Of a DNA stretch of 13,106 nucleotides, positions 8,801 through 13,106 are shown piece by piece. The notes beneath the pieces are model-generated. The model worked only from the letters and a program-made list of their open reading frames with translations, ran no database searches and was not told the origin of the DNA. Position 1 is the stretch's first letter; the number at the start of each line of letters is the position of its first letter. The stretch comes from Trichoplax adhaerens (lineage: Eukaryota > Animalia > Placozoa). A program made the translations under genes and the position numbers. The stretch is from NCBI RefSeq assembly GCF_000150275.1, contig NW_002061071.1:1-13106 (forward strand), written 5' to 3'.

Positions 8801-11800
8801 TTATAAGTACTAATATTTAACTCCAACTGCATTAGTTAGCCAACCAATCATGTCACTATTTCCACTATAATATCACCGTACTTTACTGCCAACAAAAATT
8901 CTAATTTTTGTTAAGAAACAAGTAATGTCTAATTCTAAACTATATTAATTAGCTAACTCACATGGGAAACACGAATATGTACTTGTTCCAAACGAATTTG
9001 GTATGACGGCTATTCACTTGTCAGTGGCTTCTGGATGTATTGAGGTAAGTATTACCTTATGTTTGGATACATGGGCTTATTATTGATCGCGCTAAATTTA
9101 AAATTTACTTGCCATTCTGTTATCAGATTCTTCTTATCATGCTTTCATAAATATTTAATAATTGAGAAATAGAATGATAATCGTTCATTATTTTCTTATT
9201 TATGATTTCTCTTCTTCCATCAGAATATAGAATTATGTCTCGCTTTTGGGGCAGATGTAGAGTGCCAATCGGTAAATATTGAGATAAACTAGGTTAAACC
9301 ACTAGTAATCACTGCTAAATCTTCGCTAAATTAGTGATTAATAATAAGTTCTATTATGTAGAACAATTTTACGGCATGCTTCACGTTTACAGTGCAAAAT
9401 CGTGTTCAAGAATCATTAATATGAAGTATAGATTTTTCCCTATAATTCATATAGTCTGAGCTATTAACACCGTTGCATTTGGCGGCATTGAGTGGATATT
9501 ATGAAGTTTCTGAAGTTTTAATCAATAATGGAGCCAAGGTCAATACTCCTGATTCGAAAAATAGAACATGTTTACATTATGCTGCTCTTAGTAATAATGT
9601 AGAACTGATGAATCTATTAATAAGCAACGTAAGATGATGCATATGTCAATTTAAAATTAGATTTAATATATCCGAATCGGACACAAATATTTACCGTATT
9701 TCAAATAGGGAGCTTTAATAGAAGTGATAGATATCAATTTACAAACACCATTAATGACCGCAGCCAGCCATGATTGCCTTGCCGCATTAGAATTTCTGAT
9801 AAGAAATGGTGCTAGCACTTCTGGAAAAGATAAAGATGGCAAGACTTGCCTCCATTTAATAGCACAAAAGGAGTGTGTAATGACTGCGAATGTCATTTTA
9901 GAAGTTAGTTAGAGACATAATTTATGATGTTAATTGTTATATACTTATGCGGTCGATATTAACTACGAAATGTTTAGCATAGTGGAATAGATCTTGTCAA
10001 CGTTCGTGATGCTGCCGGATGCACCCCGGCATTAACAGCGGCTGCCGCAGGAAGTGTTCTAGTAAGAAGATAAATCATGATTGGAACTGCTTTTTACGAT
10101 AATTTTTTAATTTTTCTCTATCTATATTGATTTTAAATATCTTAAAATTGAGAGTGCAAATTAAATTAGATTGAGTAGATAACGCAAACTAAGCTCAAAC
10201 GGTTAAGGATAGTATATTAAAATCATTTATAGATTTTGGGGAAATTGGTGAACCGGTTTTACGAATTTGTCAAGCGCCATGAGGATTACAATGGCAATAA
10301 TATCTTACATTTAGCTGCAAAGAATAATCATCGCGACACCGTTAAAATTATTATCGATCATATGTCATTTATTAATACCAATACACACAATTTCCAAGGG
10401 CAGCAAGCTTTACATTTAGCTGCTATGACCGGCAATAATCGAGTTATGCATATTTTAATTAAACGTGGAGCTGATATTAATTCCAGGTATTTTTAGCTAA
10501 ATTACGATATAAAGTAGATGATAGTATATCGTAGGCTTTAGATATCAAATTTTATTTCTCCCCATGTTATTATAGATAAGAGTAAGATATACAATCTACT
10601 TCATAAAATATTTGTTAATTTACTTTCCTGATAATATTCCACATGAATCATTGTAATATCTTGAGTCGTTCGTTTTCTTTTCTAGGGATAATTCCGGTTG
10701 GACTCCGTTGCATTATGCTGCACAGAATGGCTTTGAGACCTGTATCAAATTTTTAATATCTGATGAAGCCACAGTCGATACTTTCAACGAAGCAAAGGTT
10801 ATTGTTAAGTAACGGTTGCTACAATACTTTACATAGTAGATGTATAAATACAGTAATCAGCTTCAATAGTGGATAAGCAAGACTAGTATAAATCTTCCGT
10901 TATCAATCGCAAAATTGGTTATGACAGGAGAGAGGTCTTAAAATACTTATTACTCTCCTTAGCGATGGCTTACACTACCATATATACAAATTAATTTAAC
11001 AGTTATGACTCATGAAAATTAAAATTTCTAGTTTAAGTTTTTACAAATCTCTGTATCATGGGTAAGTAACAGTACAGTTTTAGAGAAAATATTAGGTGAT
11101 AGCAAATTATACTCAGATCTTTCATTTAACGTATTAACGCAATATTATCTAGAAAACGCCATTACTGATTGCATGTGAGAAAGGAAATGTGGAAGTAGCT
11201 AAATTATTGTTAGACAACAATGCAGATCCATCTGTTAGAAACGACAAAGGCCAAAATTGCTTAGACATTGCCTGTGAACACCGTTATAGTGATATCGGTC
11301 TGGCTATAATTGAAACAAAATAGTATGTTATATCTTACCAATTTGAATATAACACGGAGATCACAGGCTTCTCTGTAAATAGATTGGTATATGTAGATCT
11401 TATGCTTCAATTCCGTTTTGCCAAGTGCATTTTATGCATGCTACATGAATGATAGCTGGGAAAAAGTCATGGCTAATAGGGCATTTGATTGCTACAATCC
11501 GATGAAGCGATTATTGGAACGTTTACCTCTTGTTGCAGAGGTAAAGACTCTACATAAGGAGTATACTCCATTTAATCACTTAAATCTGCTATGTAGTATG
11601 GTATAAGTAAATGTATGAATAAAGCATACAGTAATTGGTACATTCTTTAACGTAGAATTTAAAACTAGTCAAAGATTAGATGCCGAATTTTGATGATATA
11701 AGAAAACAAATGATCGATAACATTGACGGATTCATAATCTTTATTTTCTCTGTTGAAATTATTATCTGGCATATTTAAACAGGCCGTTATGGACAGATCA

Positions 11801-13069
11801 ATTTCTTATACTAAAAGTAAATATGGCAAAGATGAATGGAAATAGGTAAGTAGTATTTTGAAAGTAATTTGATAAAGAATGATACAGTAAACTATAATGA
11901 CTACAATTCAACGAACCAATTGGACCATTACCTGTGTTTAAATTTATGTTAATCTGAGATGACGCTAATGAGGTAATTATTGAATAGTTTGCTTTTTACA
12001 AATCTTAATATCTCCGAGGAAAAATTAAAGCTACTTCAGAGAACTAACACTACGATTCTACTGCCAGTTTTGTTCTCCCTGATATTTACGTACAATGAAG
12101 TTCTAAATACCGACGATCTCCTATCATGAGGAGAAACAGCAACATCGTTAGTTTCTATTAGACAAAACTGAACTGAAATTTTATTATAAAATTAGTCAAT
12201 TTATAGTAAATCTACATAGACCTTAGCTGTCAGTACGTCGTACATAAATTAATATTGACACATTCCCAATTAAGTTATCTTAAGAACATTTGCCTACAGT
12301 ACGACTTTGGATATTGATGATCTCCGATAGCCAGGTAGCAGTAAATCACTAGTCTCTCTTAGACAACACTTAACTCAAACTTTATTGGGACATTAGCCAA
12401 TTTATATTTAATCTACATAAATATTAGTTATCAATACTTGGATATTATTGTAAAACTATACACTAATCTATTGCAAACCTGCTAACTGTTATCGATAAAG
12501 CATCATTAATGTATTTGTAGATAAGTGATCTTAAGAAAACTATGCCACGTCAGTTATATAAAAGTCACCCCTCAAAAGTGCTACATATACAATGTTATCT
12601 ATACTTAGAATTAAGTTTAATTATAATTATAAGTCTTAAAATGGCTCACTGTGCATCCATTTTAGATTTCTAGGTACATATCAATAATCTTTTATCAGGC
12701 TTATGCAGTCAGAAAATAATACTCCTACATAATTTCTAAACTACATAATTCGCGGAAAATATTGTTTTCTAGTGACGTAAAAAACAGCATAGCTGAGCAG
12801 TACAGTACTATTAATTTCGATTAAAAGAGACAACATGAGATCGAATTATAGTACACAGTCGTCACATTCGCATTTTTTGGTGCATTAAAGTCTCATAATA
12901 AGAATTTCAATTTATCCGCGCACATGTTGTACTTTATTTTAAATCAAACTGCATATCGTTTGAACTTCCATTGCATTAAATTTAGGTGGCCTTCAACTTT
13001 ACCTATCTTGAATCATCACCCGAAGATAAACATTTACAAGATGTTACAGATAAATATATCGCATTGAAG
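5650..13069 (+). CDS. TRPA1: TRPA1-like channel, paralog 2, 3'-partial (about 17 ankyrin repeats plus linker) with in-frame TAG at 11843-11845; exons 5650-5880, ~6906-7074, 7316-7494, 7597-7722, 8039-8147, 8953-9044, 9224-9271, 9455-9628, 9709-9903, 9978-10061, 10233-10486, 10686-10797, 11153-11322, 11456-11540, 11783-11845, 12986-13069
   Basis: All junctions from 7074 onward are GT-AG and phase-consistent. 17 TPLHxAA-type motifs are followed by TRPA linker motifs WEKVM...NPMKRLLERLPLVAEAVMDRS and VAFNFTYLES...QDVTDKYIALK (cf. WDECL...CPITEMIEYLPECMKVLLDFC and IEYNFKYLQC...QDVIYEPLTALN). May be a pseudogene or null allele. Confidence 0.88.
6906..7074 (+). CDS. Paralog 2 ankyrin exon (repeats 1-2); 5' boundary uncertain
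   Basis: MQAAIKGNIDDI...GLTLMHLAAIHDQGDVINCLMRYGA; donor G|GTATTA, phase 1. Confidence 0.85.
7316..7494 (+). CDS. Paralog 2 ankyrin exon (repeats 3-4)
   Basis: ETPLHLAAKHN, RTPLHYACNHG; CGTAG acceptor, GAG|GTTATT donor. Confidence 0.92.
7597..7722 (+). CDS. Paralog 2 ankyrin exon (repeat 5)
   Basis: ATPLHLSV; poly-T AG acceptor, TTG|GTGAGA donor. Confidence 0.9.
8039..8147 (+). CDS. Paralog 2 ankyrin exon (repeat 6)
   Basis: LQCGANIYRKDVAGNTPLLLAAKRHKTGIMKILLEF; donor G|GTAAAT. Confidence 0.92.
8953..9044 (+). CDS. Paralog 2 ankyrin exon (repeat 7)
   Basis: NEFGMTAIHLSVASGCIE; donor GAG|GTAAGT. Confidence 0.9.
9224..9271 (+). CDS. Paralog 2 48-nt exon NIELCLAFGADVECQS
   Basis: CATCAG acceptor, TCG|GTAAAT donor; completes repeat 7. 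Confidence 0.88.
9455..9628 (+). CDS. Paralog 2 ankyrin exon (repeats 8-9)
   Basis: LTPLHLAALSG, RTCLHYAALSN; donor AAC|GTAAGA. Confidence 0.93.
9709..9903 (+). CDS. Paralog 2 ankyrin exon (repeats 10-11)
   Basis: QTPLMTAASHD, GKTCLHLIAQK; donor GAA|GTTAGT. Confidence 0.92.
9978..10061 (+). CDS. Paralog 2 ankyrin exon (repeat 12)
   Basis: HSGIDLVNVRDAAGCTPALTAAAAGSVL; donor CTA|GTAAGA. Confidence 0.9.
10233..10486 (+). CDS. Paralog 2 ankyrin exon (repeats 13-14)
   Basis: GNNILHLAAKNN, GQQALHLAAMTG...RGADINS; donor AG|GTATTT, phase 2. Confidence 0.93.
10686..10797 (+). CDS. Paralog 2 ankyrin exon (repeat 15)
   Basis: DNSGWTPLHYAAQNGFETCIKFLI; donor AAG|GTTATT. Confidence 0.93.
11153..11322 (+). 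CDS. Paralog 2 ankyrin exon (repeats 16-17)
   Basis: KTPLLIACEKGNVEVAKLLLDNNAD, GQNCLDIACEH; donor TA|GTATGT, phase 2. Confidence 0.93.
11456..11540 (+). CDS. Paralog 2 linker exon YWEKVMANRAFDCYNPMKRLLERLPLVAE
   Basis: GATAG acceptor phase 2, GAG|GTAAAG donor; TRPA coupling-domain motif. Confidence 0.9.
11783..11845 (+). CDS. Paralog 2 linker exon AVMDRSISYTKSKYGKDEWK* ending in an in-frame TAG
   Basis: AAACAG acceptor; last codon TAG directly followed by GTAAGT donor. Confidence 0.82.
   Translation, partial: AVMDRSISYTKSKYGKDEWK
12986..13069 (+). CDS. Paralog 2 linker exon VAFNFTYLESSPEDKHLQDVTDKYIALK
   Basis: ATTTAG acceptor, AAG|GTAAAA donor, phase 0/0; aligns to TRPA1 IEYNFKYLQCP...ALN. 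Confidence 0.87.
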
Positions 13070-13106
13070 GTAAAATGTCTTGCAGGACACCTAAATATAG
13101 ATTTGA

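Noticed and set aside
9307-9340. Short inverted repeats (TAATCACT/AGTGATTA; similar 7-bp pair near 10926-10959)
   Set aside because: 7-8 bp arms are expected by chance in AT-rich DNA.
9663-9896. Minus-strand 77-aa ORF
   Set aside because: Antisense to an ankyrin exon.
6906-11322. Assignment of paralog 2 to TRPN/NOMPC or a generic ankyrin gene
   Set aside because: About 17 repeats rather than ~29, followed by TRPA-type linker motifs.
12300-12334. Phase-0 reading YDFGY** as a decayed duplicate of the YNFKYL exon
   Set aside because: Only five residues of similarity before stops, and the true homologous exon is intact at 12986; kept only as a candidate phase-1 microexon.
1-13106. Prokaryotic systems (CRISPR array, operon, defence island), tRNA or rRNA genes
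   Set aside because: No regularly spaced repeats, long ORFs or structural RNA signatures seen; the exon-intron structure explains the coding fragments.

Overview
AT-rich eukaryotic (animal-type) genomic DNA with many short spliceosomal introns; low GC, compact introns and no obvious CpG depletion suggest an early-branching metazoan such as a placozoan (inference only). The window holds two head-to-tail, + strand TRPA1-like channel genes. Gene 1 (1-3269) is the 3' part of a paralog: S2-S6, pore, TRP-like helix and coiled coil, in 7 exons including one GC-AG intron. Gene 2 (about 5650 to beyond the window end) is the 5' part of a second paralog: about 17 ankyrin repeats plus the linker. Gene 2 carries an in-frame TAG as the last codon of an exon at the ankyrin/linker boundary, although the next exon is intact; that stop lies in a predicted stem formed with the next exon. 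Gene 2 also lacks the canonical electrophile-sensing cysteines and has an unresolved 5' junction. Non-coding features are a 78-bp near-perfect palindrome, a MITE-like inverted-repeat element, a ~232-bp degenerate tandem duplication, a possible decayed ankyrin fragment and a 152-N assembly gap. All translations and alignments were done by eye; human TRPA1 comparisons are from memory, with no database searches.
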